From IMG/VR virus record IMGVR_UViG_3300043411_000921, positions 124,001 to 188,000 of that record: 64,000 nt of DNA, one strand, 5' to 3'. Below the pieces are notes generated by a model. That model was not told where the DNA came from, searched no databases, and was given only the letters and a program-made list of their open reading frames with translations. Below are positions 29,764 through 39,777 of the stretch, piece by piece. Position numbers and translations under genes: made by a program. How positions within the stretch are numbered: the first letter of the stretch is position 1; each line of letters opens with the position of its first letter.

Positions 29764-31266
29764 ATGTCATACATTCCAGTAAAACTGAAAGTTTTTCATC
29801 CGAAGAAGGTTGTCTCTTACACGGTGGAAGATGCCGACGAGAAGCCACAGCAGATCGACGTGTTTCCAGGGTTCGCCACTGATGCTGTTGAAGGGAACTC
29901 CCACGAGACAGCAAGGAACTGGGCTGCTGGATATCGGTGGCAGCAAAATGAATATGGCGAGACAGAGTTCAACAATGAACCTGTTGAATCCATTCGTGTT
30001 GTTGGGCTGGAACATCGTCGCAACGGTGGGCGTGCTTGGAAGATCGTTGACCGTGGATTTCTCTTTGATCTTCGTGAACAAGCTTTGCTTGATCTAGTGA
30101 TGAATGGTGCTGGAGTATTTTCCCAGGGAATCGTATCTGGTCCTTTTATTTGGATCAGCAACTCTGGAATGCGCCTTGTCCGTGTGGGTTCAACCCAGCA
30201 CTTGGAGGCAACAAAGGGAAAGCCAAAGGATCCAACTCTGTCTCTACTGAGCCAGGGCGATGTTTTCAAACAGAAGCCAGGAAAGTTTTTGGTGTTGATT
30301 ACAGAGCAATCCCGAAAGGAAGAGATGTGGTTGACCTTTAAGGAAGAGCCGACCCAAGAAGACCTTTCCCCAGAAAAGATTGCGGAACTTCTGATTACTG
30401 GGAAAGTGTTTCAGCCGACAAAGCGGCCTGTTCTTCCTGCCAATTCTCTGATTGGGAACTTGAAGGTAGATTTGGAAGAGGTTTACTGTGTCATTACCAG
30501 GAAGGTTTTGAATGAGCCTGTGAAGTGGGTGGGGAACGGGCACAAACTGTTCACTCAACTTTCCAAAAAGACCGAACTGCGTTATTCGGCTGGGGTCGGC
30601 TCTTTTGTCAACAGTGTTTCCACACTGCAAAACGCCATTAGCAGCATTCTTTTTCCAAACAAGAGGGACGAAGGGGTTGATCAAAGGAATTACAAGGTTA
30701 GCCAGTATTACACTGAGATTGAGAGGGCATGTGATTTGATCGGTCATGATTCTTACGGATACGGCACCCATTTCGCAAAATCCAAATCCATCAAGGTAAA
30801 ACCGATTGATTTTGTTTGGATGATTTGGAAGAAAAAAGAGCAATTGGACTCCGCTGGATTTCAGTCATACTCAGGGAATGAATTGGCCGACATGCAGTTT
30901 GATTGCCCCGAATGCGCGAAGACTGCTAAAGAGTTCGTCCTTTATGATCAGGGTCGTGGTCAAAACGGCTGGGAAAAGCGTGGTGTTTTTCTTGAGAAGG
31001 TGTCAAACCATTTTGTTCACTGTGGCAAACAGACGGCAGAGAATAAGATGAAGATTTTTGAGCAGGCATTTCCAGGAGGCGTTGAGCGGTTTCAACTGAA
31101 GCCTCATCACTTTGAGGATATTGTGCCGCCTTATATCAAAGGGCAGTTCACATATAACGATTACGCTCGTCAGGTAAAGGAAATGATGGGAAGCATTTGG
31201 GCTCGGGATCTGGAACCCAAGCTGATTTCATCCTTTGATTACCCAGAACTCAAGAACAAAGAGTGA
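29764..31266 (+). CDS. early hypothetical protein
   Basis: 500-aa ORF directly after an early promoter. Confidence 0.8.
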   Translation: MSYIPVKLKVFHPKKVVSYTVEDADEKPQQIDVFPGFATDAVEGNSHETARNWAAGYRWQQNEYGETEFNNEPVESIRVVGLEHRRNGGRAWKIVDRGFLFDLREQALLDLVMNGAGVFSQGIVSGPFIWISNSGMRLVRVGSTQHLEATKGKPKDPTLSLLSQGDVFKQKPGKFLVLITEQSRKEEMWLTFKEEPTQEDLSPEKIAELLITGKVFQPTKRPVLPANSLIGNLKVDLEEVYCVITRKVLNEPVKWVGNGHKLFTQLSKKTELRYSAGVGSFVNSVSTLQNAISSILFPNKRDEGVDQRNYKVSQYYTEIERACDLIGHDSYGYGTHFAKSKSIKVKPIDFVWMIWKKKEQLDSAGFQSYSGNELADMQFDCPECAKTAKEFVLYDQGRGQNGWEKRGVFLEKVSNHFVHCGKQTAENKMKIFEQAFPGGVERFQLKPHHFEDIVPPYIKGQFTYNDYARQVKEMMGSIWARDLEPKLISSFDYPELKNKE

Positions 31267-31583
31267 CCAAAGCAATGGATTGCCCGTTTAGGATTGGTGG
31301 ATTGTATCGGTGGAAGGGATTGACTCCTCCTTACAGCCCAGAGAATTTTTTCCACCTTTACCCTTGCGGACACGGAAGCAACAATTCTCGCAATTCTACA
31401 AACTCTTCGTATCGAGCCGCCCCAGGCACATGGTTTGTTTTCTTGGCGGTGATTCCCAGCGGACCAAACTTTTTTGCAACTTGTTTGGCACCCGATGGAA
31501 CCGTTCACGAAGCATCTATTCCTCACAGTGGATTGTATTGTTGGGAAGAAGTAACGGAACAAGAAGGAATGGAAAAACAATGA
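31263..31583 (+). CDS. small hypothetical protein (FRIGGLY motif)
   Basis: 4-nt overlaps with both neighbours. Confidence 0.65.
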   Translation: MTKAMDCPFRIGGLYRWKGLTPPYSPENFFHLYPCGHGSNNSRNSTNSSYRAAPGTWFVFLAVIPSGPNFFATCLAPDGTVHEASIPHSGLYCWEEVTEQEGMEKQ

Positions 31584-32512
31584 CATTCAAATATATCACA
31601 AGAAACACAATCCCGAATGTGACCAATTGTCCATCGCATCGAATTGGTTACACAAATCCCGACGGTTCAAACAACACCATTTTCTATGCCTGTGAGTTTG
31701 TAAACCACCGCGATTCTTTCTTCAAATTACATGCAAGTGAAGAAGAGTTGGTTGAGAATACACTCACTCTAATGGAACAAGAAGGTTTTTTGAGGTGGAC
31801 ATTGGAACCATGTAAAATCCAAGTTGTTTCATTCCCAAACTCTTTGGTTGACTGGTATGCTCACGAAACGGAAACGGAGGTGTATCGTCTTGTGAAAGAT
31901 ACAACATTACACCGCGCAGTGGACTACTACAACCAATTTAACAGACTTCCGAGCGGGTTCTCCTTCACCAAACCAAGCCAATCCAGAAAATTACGGCTTG
32001 CAGACAAAAAGCGAATGTTGGGATTTCGTGGCGCTAATGGCGGCCTCGATTTTTACTGCAAAGAACTCTGGTTCAATGGAGACAAGAAAACATTGCTAAA
32101 ACGTTTCCTTTCAAATTTTACGGAAGGAAAAGGAACAGGGGGTGTGAGAGTCGAAACAGTTGAAAGGCGTGGGAAACCTTCGCTCGCTCCACAGCCAATA
32201 GTTTTAGAAAATGTGTTCGCAGTGCTAGTAGAAGATTATCCAAACCACATTGATTATGTTCCCAAATGTTCATACCACCCCGTTCTGATTGATTGGGGAA
32301 GAGAAACAACGCTGAATCACGAGCTTCTTCAGGAAGAATACATTTTGTTTTGGTTTGAAAAACTGACGAAATGTGGCAACGCCAAACAGAAGCTGGAAGC
32401 TGAATATGAGAAGCTTGGGGCGTTGGATAGGGAGAGGAGGCGTTTGGAAGACGAAGAGCAGAGTCGAAAAAACAACGACGAAATCAAAGAGTTTTTTGGA
32501 GAAGGAGAATAG
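31580..32512 (+). CDS. hypothetical protein
   Basis: Start at an ATGA overlap (MTFKY). Confidence 0.7.
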   Translation: MTFKYITRNTIPNVTNCPSHRIGYTNPDGSNNTIFYACEFVNHRDSFFKLHASEEELVENTLTLMEQEGFLRWTLEPCKIQVVSFPNSLVDWYAHETETEVYRLVKDTTLHRAVDYYNQFNRLPSGFSFTKPSQSRKLRLADKKRMLGFRGANGGLDFYCKELWFNGDKKTLLKRFLSNFTEGKGTGGVRVETVERRGKPSLAPQPIVLENVFAVLVEDYPNHIDYVPKCSYHPVLIDWGRETTLNHELLQEEYILFWFEKLTKCGNAKQKLEAEYEKLGALDRERRRLEDEEQSRKNNDEIKEFFGEGE

Positions 32513-32517
32513 CAAAG

Positions 32518-32916
32518 ATGACTAACAAGAGCACAAAGCTACACACAATTGTTTTCAGGGCTGGGGATTCTAGTGGTGATGGCCATGAGAAACACCGCGA
32601 TTGGACTGTTTGCAGCAATCTTTCCAAAGCTGAGATCAATGACGCCTACCTTGCTGCTGTTAAAAAGCTAAGGTTTGATCCAACGGACAATTTTGACGAA
32701 TACAAGGCAAATCGTCTGCCATCGGATCAGGCAGAGAAGTTGATTGCAAGCGGATTTGTGCCAAAAGACAGAGACGAAGACGGAACGGTCTATTTCTATC
32801 CACAAGCCCTACTCCACCTTTTCCTCTTTATGGTAAAGCTTGGAAACCCTGAGTTTGAATATGAGGAAGTGAAAGCCAGCGTGATCTACATTGGCGGATA
32901 TGGATTGTTTCGATAA
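32518..32916 (+). CDS. hypothetical protein
   Basis: GDSSGDGHEKH ... IGGYGLF; GGAG RBS. Confidence 0.75.
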   Translation: MTNKSTKLHTIVFRAGDSSGDGHEKHRDWTVCSNLSKAEINDAYLAAVKKLRFDPTDNFDEYKANRLPSDQAEKLIASGFVPKDRDEDGTVYFYPQALLHLFLFMVKLGNPEFEYEEVKASVIYIGGYGLFR

Positions 32917-32931
32917 TCTTCGGCTGAAATC

Positions 32932-34200
32932 TCAGTCAAAGAACTTCAGATACCCTTCGGGTCCATTCCTTTGGATCCCAATGTTCCCTTCGTGAAAATC
33001 TGTTGGAATCTTGTTCTTCACCATATGAACAATGTCTTGTGCTAGCTTCACATGCCAATCTCCTGCCAACCTCAAAGCAGCTTCCACATCTAACCCAATC
33101 ATTTTTTTGATCGGAATTGAGATGGCTTTGATGAAATTTTTGTTGAGCAAATCTGGGTTGACTTTGTAGTATTTGAGTTTGCTCGGGCTTGGTTCAAATC
33201 CATCGAAATGGACTTTCAAAATGTCCACCAAACCATTCAATCTTCCGAACATATCAGCAGGGAGAATGTTCTCCATCTTGGTTTCACCACTTCCAGTTTC
33301 CAATCGTTCGGTCAAGAACCAGTCAACTCGCAATGCTCCTTTGAAAACCTTGAAGGTTCCGTGGTCATAAACCATTGGCTGGGAAGTTCCGGCTGGGTCT
33401 CCGCTCCTTTGTTGCTGAGCGCCTGGAATCTTTTTGTGCTTGGTTGCGGCGCCGTGACCAGAATCGGTTTCCATCTTAAAAACATATTCGTGTTCATCTG
33501 AGTCTTTGACGAGGAACGCAAGACCAATTACTCCTGCTCCCATAAAAGAAACCGAAGCTGCATCTGAACCAACCGCTTGCATCAAGTAGGGCGTTGCTTC
33601 TTTTGTGAATGTGGCAACGCATTCTTTGTCTTCCTTGCAATTGGCAAAGGTTTTTCCATCATTAATGATCGCGGTCATTGTGTCATTGTTATACCATTCT
33701 CCATAGGCTGGATGATGCTTCCTGGTACGTTTGAGAGCTTCCATCATAGCATCGAACCATTCCGCCCAAGTAACTCCACCATCCTCTGGTTGCACCTGCT
33801 CAAGAAACAAAATTCTGGAAAGGCTTGTTCTAAACTCTCTTTTCTCAACCAATGAAACGAGCTTGTCAACTTTTCCTGCCAAGTCACCAACCCTGGCAGA
33901 CAACTCTTCTGTACCTTCTCCAGACCCAGGTGTGATTGTTCCTGGGCCTTTTGGAATTGATGTTGTTGCCGGTTTGGTTGCACCAGAGGTTGATCTTGCA
34001 TTTGTTGGATCTTGTTTCTTTTGTCCTTGAGCTTGCTGGATAACCTTCACATCATTCCCGATCTGTTTGACTTGTTTTGTCAATGGTTCAAGAGTGTCTG
34101 TGATGGTCTTTCCAATGTCAGAAAGAGCAGAAGTGTCTTCTGGTGCAGGTTGGACTTGTTCTGACAAAAACAGTAGTGAAGAGAGAAGATGTTGTTTCAT
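32932..34200 (-). CDS. protein-kinase-like fold protein with head-targeting leader
   Basis: MGAGVIGLAF, YVFK, DFHEGNI, KFFD; LFLSE|Q and ILFLE|Q; TATTTA at 34220-34215. Confidence 0.72.
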   Translation of the reverse strand: MKQHLLSSLLFLSEQVQPAPEDTSALSDIGKTITDTLEPLTKQVKQIGNDVKVIQQAQGQKKQDPTNARSTSGATKPATTSIPKGPGTITPGSGEGTEELSARVGDLAGKVDKLVSLVEKREFRTSLSRILFLEQVQPEDGGVTWAEWFDAMMEALKRTRKHHPAYGEWYNNDTMTAIINDGKTFANCKEDKECVATFTKEATPYLMQAVGSDAASVSFMGAGVIGLAFLVKDSDEHEYVFKMETDSGHGAATKHKKIPGAQQQRSGDPAGTSQPMVYDHGTFKVFKGALRVDWFLTERLETGSGETKMENILPADMFGRLNGLVDILKVHFDGFEPSPSKLKYYKVNPDLLNKNFIKAISIPIKKMIGLDVEAALRLAGDWHVKLAQDIVHMVKNKIPTDFHEGNIGIQRNGPEGYLKFFD

Positions 34201-34291
34201 GGGGAGGGTGTTGGTAAATACCAATATTCGTGGGATGGAGCATGTTAGACTGCTGGAGTCTAGCAACACCAAGAAAGGGAAGCCACAAACA

Positions 34292-34921
34292 ATGTTTGAA
34301 ATCACAACAGATAGCCCCAATTTTTCAAAGCCAGAACAATCTGAAACCGGAGATATTCTCCTCCGATACCGTTCTCCTGGAATCATCTATGTCAACCGAT
34401 TCAACGAGGAAGCAGCTAAGGAGTTCCACCAGGAAATGATTAACGCTCAAAACACTGGGCAAACCGTTATTCCCATTGTGGTTGATTCTTACGGTGGGGA
34501 AGTTTATTCCCTTCTCAAGATGATTGATGTCATCAAAGCTTCAAAGATTCCAGTTTCAACCATTTGTCTTGGGAAAGCAATGTCTTGTGGAGCAGTTCTC
34601 TTGAGTTGTGGATCTCCAGGAATGAGATATGCTGCTCCTTATGCAACAGTCATGATTCACGATGCTGCTTCTTACGCTGCCGGAAAGTGTGAGGAAATCA
34701 AAGCAGAAGCAAAGGAAGTCGAACGTTTGAACAAGATGATTTTCAGAATCATGGCTGAGAATGCCAGTAAGCCAGCGGATTATTTCTCAAAAATCGTTCA
34801 CGAGAAGGGACATGCCGATTGGTACCTCGAACCAGAAGAAGTTAAGGAACATGGTCTGATTGATTTTGTTTCTGTTCCCAAGTTGAAGGTTGAGTTCAAG
34901 GCAACGGTGAGTTTCCAATGA
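34292..34921 (+). CDS. clpP: ClpP-family serine protease
   Basis: DSYGG, GKAMSCG, MIH, DWY, GLID. Confidence 0.92.
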   Translation: MFEITTDSPNFSKPEQSETGDILLRYRSPGIIYVNRFNEEAAKEFHQEMINAQNTGQTVIPIVVDSYGGEVYSLLKMIDVIKASKIPVSTICLGKAMSCGAVLLSCGSPGMRYAAPYATVMIHDAASYAAGKCEEIKAEAKEVERLNKMIFRIMAENASKPADYFSKIVHEKGHADWYLEPEEVKEHGLIDFVSVPKLKVEFKATVSFQ

Positions 34922-35910
34922 CCAATGCAACTCCTGAAAATCCTGATATCATCCTGATTGCCGCCGCTTCTTTGGATGGTTACATCGGAATTGACAACAA
35001 GTTGCCCTGGCATTCCCCAGCCGACATGAAACACTTCCGCCAACAGACAGAGGGTCATGTCGTGATCATGGGAAGAAAAACCTTTGATAGCCTTGGCGGA
35101 AAACCACTGAAAAACAGGGTCAACATCATTTTGACCCGGAATGGAAATCTTGAGACTCATGGCACCGAACCCCTGTTTGCCAGCTCAAAACAGCAAGCAT
35201 TGATGATTGCAAAAACACAATGCGAGTTCTTAAACTCGAAAAAAATCTTTGTCATTGGAGGCGAAGAGATTTACGCCCAGTTCCTTGAAGATGCCACAGA
35301 AATTCTTCTAACGACATTCAACGTGCGATTGGGCCCGCTTGGACCTCTTATCGACGCATACACATACACTCCCAGACTTTCTAAGTTTCCCAATTGGGAA
35401 ACGTTTCAAAAGGATGGCGGCTGGATTCCTTATGCTTATTGTTCCGATGAGTTTGATTCAAACGCAACACTGACTCCAAGCGGGGAAGAAGTGTTTGAAA
35501 CTCTTGAAAAAGAGAACAATGGATTGAGTTACACAATTTCTCCTCTTCAGAAACTCGTAAGAGATGTTGGATATCTTGTGAAAGAGAAGCCAACACCAAC
35601 TCCTGAGCTTGGTCAATATGAAAAACTGGCTTTAGAGATCGGATCGTTGGTTCAGTCCAAGAACAAGACTTATGGTTCTGCTTTTGACAAGGCTGGAGAG
35701 TTTTTGTCTGTGTTGTTTCCGAACGGTGTTCCTGTTGACCGATACAAAGACATGCTCTGTTTGGTCAGGATGTTCGACAAGATGATGAGGATTTCAACCT
35801 CTGAGTTTGAAGGAACAGATGAAAAGAGAGAAGAGGCTTACCGCGATCTGGCTGGATATTCTCTTCTTGGTTTGAACTCTGAAAAGATGAGCAAGGAGAA
35901 GAAAGCATGA
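34918..35910 (+). CDS. folA: dihydrofolate reductase fused to a DUF1599/Nmad1-like helical domain
   Basis: IGIDNKLPW, MGRKTF, LKNRVN, IGGEEIY; C-terminal KNKTYG, DKMMRI, DLAGY. Confidence 0.88.
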   Translation: MTNATPENPDIILIAAASLDGYIGIDNKLPWHSPADMKHFRQQTEGHVVIMGRKTFDSLGGKPLKNRVNIILTRNGNLETHGTEPLFASSKQQALMIAKTQCEFLNSKKIFVIGGEEIYAQFLEDATEILLTTFNVRLGPLGPLIDAYTYTPRLSKFPNWETFQKDGGWIPYAYCSDEFDSNATLTPSGEEVFETLEKENNGLSYTISPLQKLVRDVGYLVKEKPTPTPELGQYEKLALEIGSLVQSKNKTYGSAFDKAGEFLSVLFPNGVPVDRYKDMLCLVRMFDKMMRISTSEFEGTDEKREEAYRDLAGYSLLGLNSEKMSKEKKA

Positions 35911-36140
35911 AAGTTTTGAACGAAAGGGTTTTGGGGGTTCAAGGGCCTTGGCTTATCAAGGGTCGCTATGTCCAATACTCAACAAGGGAACAAGGAACCT
36001 TTCACAGGCCCGAACTTGTTTTTGAAAAGCAGCCTGGGATTCAGCAGGGCCTAGAGGTTGGCTTCTCCCTTGAAGATATTGGAAGATTTCAAGCATTGTT
36101 GAAACAATATGCTGCTGAGAACTATCACTCCACTTCCTAG
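35907..36140 (+). CDS. hypothetical protein
   Basis: ATGA-coupled, GGAG RBS. Confidence 0.6.
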   Translation: MKVLNERVLGVQGPWLIKGRYVQYSTREQGTFHRPELVFEKQPGIQQGLEVGFSLEDIGRFQALLKQYAAENYHSTS

Positions 36141-36904
36141 AACAATCCTTCCAACTCACTCCTGATCTGCTCTCTGCTCTTCCTAATCGAATCCACAACC
36201 TTCCTCTCTTGATAAGAAAGAGGGGAAACAGGAATGGATTTATCTCCCAATCCCAGAGAAGCAGGATACCTTAACACCTTCTCTCCATTCTCTTCTGCCG
36301 CTTCCAACAAGGATGTTGTTTCGTAGTAGGTGCAAACAGGTTCATTTAAGAACCATTGCTTTAACTCGGAGTAGTGTTCCAGGTACCCATCCAGGGTATT
36401 TCCGATCAAGTAGCTGGAAAACATCCTTCCTCCAGACTCCCCTCTTTTCCTTGTGGTGTCGATACTCAGTTCTTTTGGTGCATACACGGAGAGGTACAAC
36501 AACTCATATCCGTTCACCTTGCAGAACTCAATTTCGTCTCTATACCTTCTCTGCCCTGTGCCTTCGATAACAAAAGACTTGAGCTGACTTTCAAACCCTC
36601 GCTGAAGGCCCTTGGCGTGTTTTCTGGAGTCGTCTCTGTATCTTTTCAGGGTCGCATCCACATCGGGAGGTTATCGCCCAGAAAAGGCGTTTTGAACCGT
36701 TATGCCCCTGCTTCTCAAATCCTCATCCGAGTTAATCAAATCCTCTAGCTTTTCATCCAGGTTCACAAAACCCACATTGGCCTTCTTCAAGATTTCTTTG
36801 ACGAAGAATGTTTTACCTGCCCCCAGTGGTCCTTGAAGCAACAAGATTTTGGGTTTGGTATTGCTTGAACTCTCGAACAGAAGGCGTGCTAAACTGGTAT
36901 TCAC
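36137..36904 (-). pseudogene. zeta-toxin/AAA_33-like P-loop kinase interrupted by one in-frame TAA (36671-36673)
   Basis: GPLGAGKT, FVNLD, FVIEGT, RKRGESGGR all in one frame; leader ARLLFE|S. Confidence 0.7.
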
Positions 36905-36914
36905 CAAGTTAGAT

Positions 36915-37814
36915 ATGAAAAAACACAACCACCTTTATTCCATCCTGGGTGTAGAACCATCTGCAACCCAAGAACAAATCAAAACCGCTTACAGAGCAAA
37001 AGCTCTCAAGACACATCCTGATCGCAACCAAAACAATCCCAAGGCAGAAGAGGAATTCAAGGAAATCACTTCGGCCTATGAAACTCTCTCCAACCCAGAG
37101 AAGAGAACCGAATATGATTTGTTGCAAAATCCACCTGTTCATCCGTTTCCAAACACTGATGAGTTTTTCTCTTACAGGTGGTCAACGCAACAGGCTCGCA
37201 ATCGCTCAGAAAGGGTCCATGCGGGCGACGTAAGGATTGGTATGGGTGAGACCCTAACAGAACAAATCCGTGACGTAGAAATGGCGATTAGAGCCTCCTG
37301 CACCAAATGCCTCGGTCTTGGGATGAGAGGCATGGAAGATTTCTGCTCCAACTGCGAGGGAAGAGGTTGGAATTTTACCAATAGAAGCTTCCCTGTGAAA
37401 ATTCCCGCTGGTGTTTTTGACGGTTATACCGTTTCAACAAAGGTTCCAGGTGTTGGAGAACTTCAAACCAAGGTGTTGCTGGACATCCCAGAAAACATCA
37501 AACTTGGGCCAACGGGAAAAGTTGTGATGTCCCTGGATATTCCTTATCATCTTGCAGTGCTCGGTGGCCCATTGAAGTTGGACTTGTTTGATGGATCCAG
37601 TGTAACTGTGAAAGTTCCACCATTGAAGAAGCCAAAACAGATGTTGAAGTTGGCTGGGAAGGGGTTGGTGGTCCAGCCAGGAGGGAAGAGTCGAGGGGAT
37701 TTGTTTTTGAGTTTTGGGATTGAGTACCCACCAACGAACTTGTCTGACGAGTACAAGACAACCGTTGAGAAGCTTGCCACATTGTACTCACAAGAACAGG
37801 AAGGTAACAAATGA
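36915..37814 (+). CDS. dnaJ: DnaJ co-chaperone
   Basis: J-domain HPD, two CxxCxGxG repeats, C-terminal GKG..RGDL. Confidence 0.92.
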   Translation: MKKHNHLYSILGVEPSATQEQIKTAYRAKALKTHPDRNQNNPKAEEEFKEITSAYETLSNPEKRTEYDLLQNPPVHPFPNTDEFFSYRWSTQQARNRSERVHAGDVRIGMGETLTEQIRDVEMAIRASCTKCLGLGMRGMEDFCSNCEGRGWNFTNRSFPVKIPAGVFDGYTVSTKVPGVGELQTKVLLDIPENIKLGPTGKVVMSLDIPYHLAVLGGPLKLDLFDGSSVTVKVPPLKKPKQMLKLAGKGLVVQPGGKSRGDLFLSFGIEYPPTNLSDEYKTTVEKLATLYSQEQEGNK

Positions 37815-38062
37815 AACAGACATACAAACTCAGTTATAGATTCATCGCTCAATTGGCAAAACTGGTTCAACTCAGCATGTTGACTGGTGAGCCTCTCAAG
37901 GAAAACATGCTGCAAATGCGTGTTGAGGTTGGTGGAGAAGATGGAAATGAGATTGTTCTGACTCCAGAATACGAGGAGTATTTCGAGAACTGTCTTGAAA
38001 CTCTGCTCCAGCAAGCTGATGCAATCCAAGAGAATATGCGAAACACTCCCGCCGAAGCCTGA
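37811..38062 (+). CDS. hypothetical protein
   Basis: Coupled to dnaJ. Confidence 0.7.
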   Translation: MKQTYKLSYRFIAQLAKLVQLSMLTGEPLKENMLQMRVEVGGEDGNEIVLTPEYEEYFENCLETLLQQADAIQENMRNTPAEA

Positions 38063-38063
38063 T

Positions 38064-38270
38064 CTATTTCGTTCGTTTCATCACAAGCCCAAAAATCAGG
38101 GCTGCAAATCCAAACAAAGAAAAACACAGGAACTCACCGTTACTGATCTTTCCAAAATAGTGAAGGAACATGACAGTGATCAAAATGACAATGCCAAAAA
38201 AACCAGTTAGGAGAATAATTGCGTTCTCCTGACGGTCTTCTGGGGCGGTATTATTGTCGTTGTTATTCAT
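38064..38270 (-). CDS. small two-TM membrane protein
   Basis: Two hydrophobic helices; last gene of an early operon. Confidence 0.65.
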   Translation of the reverse strand: MNNNDNNTAPEDRQENAIILLTGFFGIVILITVMFLHYFGKISNGEFLCFSLFGFAALIFGLVMKRTK

Positions 38271-38499
38271 CGACTGTCTCTCCTGGAAATATCAGTTCTT
38301 TAATCCCAGAGGTGAACCACAAGCCAAAAATACGAGTTGTGATCCTATCTTCACACAGCAACTCGCATTCGATGCAAGTTTTTCCGCCAGGAAGATGAAT
38401 GGTTCTCGAAGAAAGAACCAACATGTAACTGGATTCGAGATAGGGCGACTCGTACAATAACAAAGTGCCTGCTGGATATAAGTCGCTTGTTTTACTCAT
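38263..38499 (-). CDS. PG-x-LL array protein
   Basis: YPAGTLL. Confidence 0.65.
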   Translation of the reverse strand: MSKTSDLYPAGTLLLYESPYLESSYMLVLSSRTIHLPGGKTCIECELLCEDRITTRIFGLWFTSGIKELIFPGETVDE

Positions 38500-38746
38500 A
38501 ATCATTTGGGTTTACTTCCCTCAAACCGAGGGCAACCCAACCGTCCCCTTTTGCATTTTCAACATTTCCATCTGGAGACAAGATGTCGTACTGAGTAAGG
38601 GATTCTCCATTTTGGAAATTAAACACTTTTGAAGAAAGGATTAGATAGAAACCTCTTGGGAACACATGCTCGCTGTATTTCAAGGCCCAGTCCGTCAACT
38701 CCAGCAAAGTTCCAGGTGAATACAGCTTGTTTGGATCAGTCATCAT
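38492..38746 (-). CDS. PG-x-LL array protein
   Basis: YSPGTLL. Confidence 0.65.
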   Translation of the reverse strand: MMTDPNKLYSPGTLLELTDWALKYSEHVFPRGFYLILSSKVFNFQNGESLTQYDILSPDGNVENAKGDGWVALGLREVNPNDYE

Positions 38747-38993
38747 AATCCGTTGTTTCCACTTTCTCAAAAATTTCAAACATGCCTACCACGTCCCACA
38801 CCATTTCCTTTCCCGTTTTGGCAAAAAGCAAGGTGACTTGCTCAAAAGTTGGATGGTGTGCAACTACCACACAGTAATCTCCAAGTCCTTCATCTTCCCA
38901 ACTGCTTTCTTCGACATCTTTGACACGCAAGAGGGTTCCGATGGGAAATTCTCGAAACGTTTGTGCCCACCATTTGTCAGCTTTTTTCATCAC
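38736..38993 (-). CDS. PG-x-LL array protein
   Basis: FPIGTLL. Confidence 0.65.
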   Translation of the reverse strand: MMKKADKWWAQTFREFPIGTLLRVKDVEESSWEDEGLGDYCVVVAHHPTFEQVTLLFAKTGKEMVWDVVGMFEIFEKVETTDYDD

Positions 38994-39241
38994 TGTTCAA
39001 CGTCTCCATCTTCCAACTCGACAACCGCCATATGTTTTACTGGTGAACCATCCCCGTATGTCAGGCTCCAAGTTTGGACTTCCCCACACTTGTCCAAAGC
39101 AAGGATAGTTTTGTGCTTTCCTTGCGGTGGTAAAACCATTACGACGAGAAGAAATCCTTTTCTGAGAGAGTATGGATGAGAGTAATCCAGCAACATCCCA
39201 GCGATTAAATCTTCATCAGATCCTATTGGTCTTGTTTTCAT
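38990..39241 (-). CDS. PG-x-LL array protein
   Basis: MKTRPI..LIAGMLL. Confidence 0.65.
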   Translation of the reverse strand: MKTRPIGSDEDLIAGMLLDYSHPYSLRKGFLLVVMVLPPQGKHKTILALDKCGEVQTWSLTYGDGSPVKHMAVVELEDGDVEQ

Positions 39242-39501
39242 TCTTCATCCGTTGTCTCGACTACAACAAAACCTTCGTACTGCATTAGTTTCCAATTCCA
39301 TTCATGCAATTCCCCCGAAGGTTCCAAAAAAGTAAACAATTCAAAATTTCCTGACGAATACCTCCCGTCCGGTTTGCGATCTACTAGCAAGTAAAACCCC
39401 AAATCCCAAGCAACAAGACAGGTGGTGCTGGCCTCCTCACCTCCACGATACAGGAGAATCCCCAGCCTGGGTTCAACTTTTGATAACGGCTTGGTTTTCA
39501 T
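39238..39501 (-). CDS. PG-x-LL array protein
   Basis: MKTKPL..RLGILL. Confidence 0.65.
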   Translation of the reverse strand: MKTKPLSKVEPRLGILLYRGGEEASTTCLVAWDLGFYLLVDRKPDGRYSSGNFELFTFLEPSGELHEWNWKLMQYEGFVVVETTDEE

Positions 39502-39504
39502 TCT

Positions 39505-39777
39505 TTATTGTTCTTCTGTGTCTTCTGGGAATGCCACCAACAGAGTTTCTTTGATCAACATTTGTACGTTCCAAAAATAGACTTTGCAATCATCTTCCAA
39601 GACACAAATCTCTCCAAGTCTAAGATCTTCACCTACCCCAACAACGAGGTAGAATTGCATTTGCCCATCTTCTCTCGGTGTGTAATGGTAACTCGTAGGA
39701 TTAGCCATCAATAGCACCCCCGAAAAGATTTCTTCCTCTTTGGGAGGCAGGAATGGTAAAGATGTTGTTGGTGTCAT
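39505..39777 (-). CDS. PG-x-LL array protein
   Basis: IFSGVLL. Confidence 0.6.
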   Translation of the reverse strand: MTPTTSLPFLPPKEEEIFSGVLLMANPTSYHYTPREDGQMQFYLVVGVGEDLRLGEICVLEDDCKVYFWNVQMLIKETLLVAFPEDTEEQ

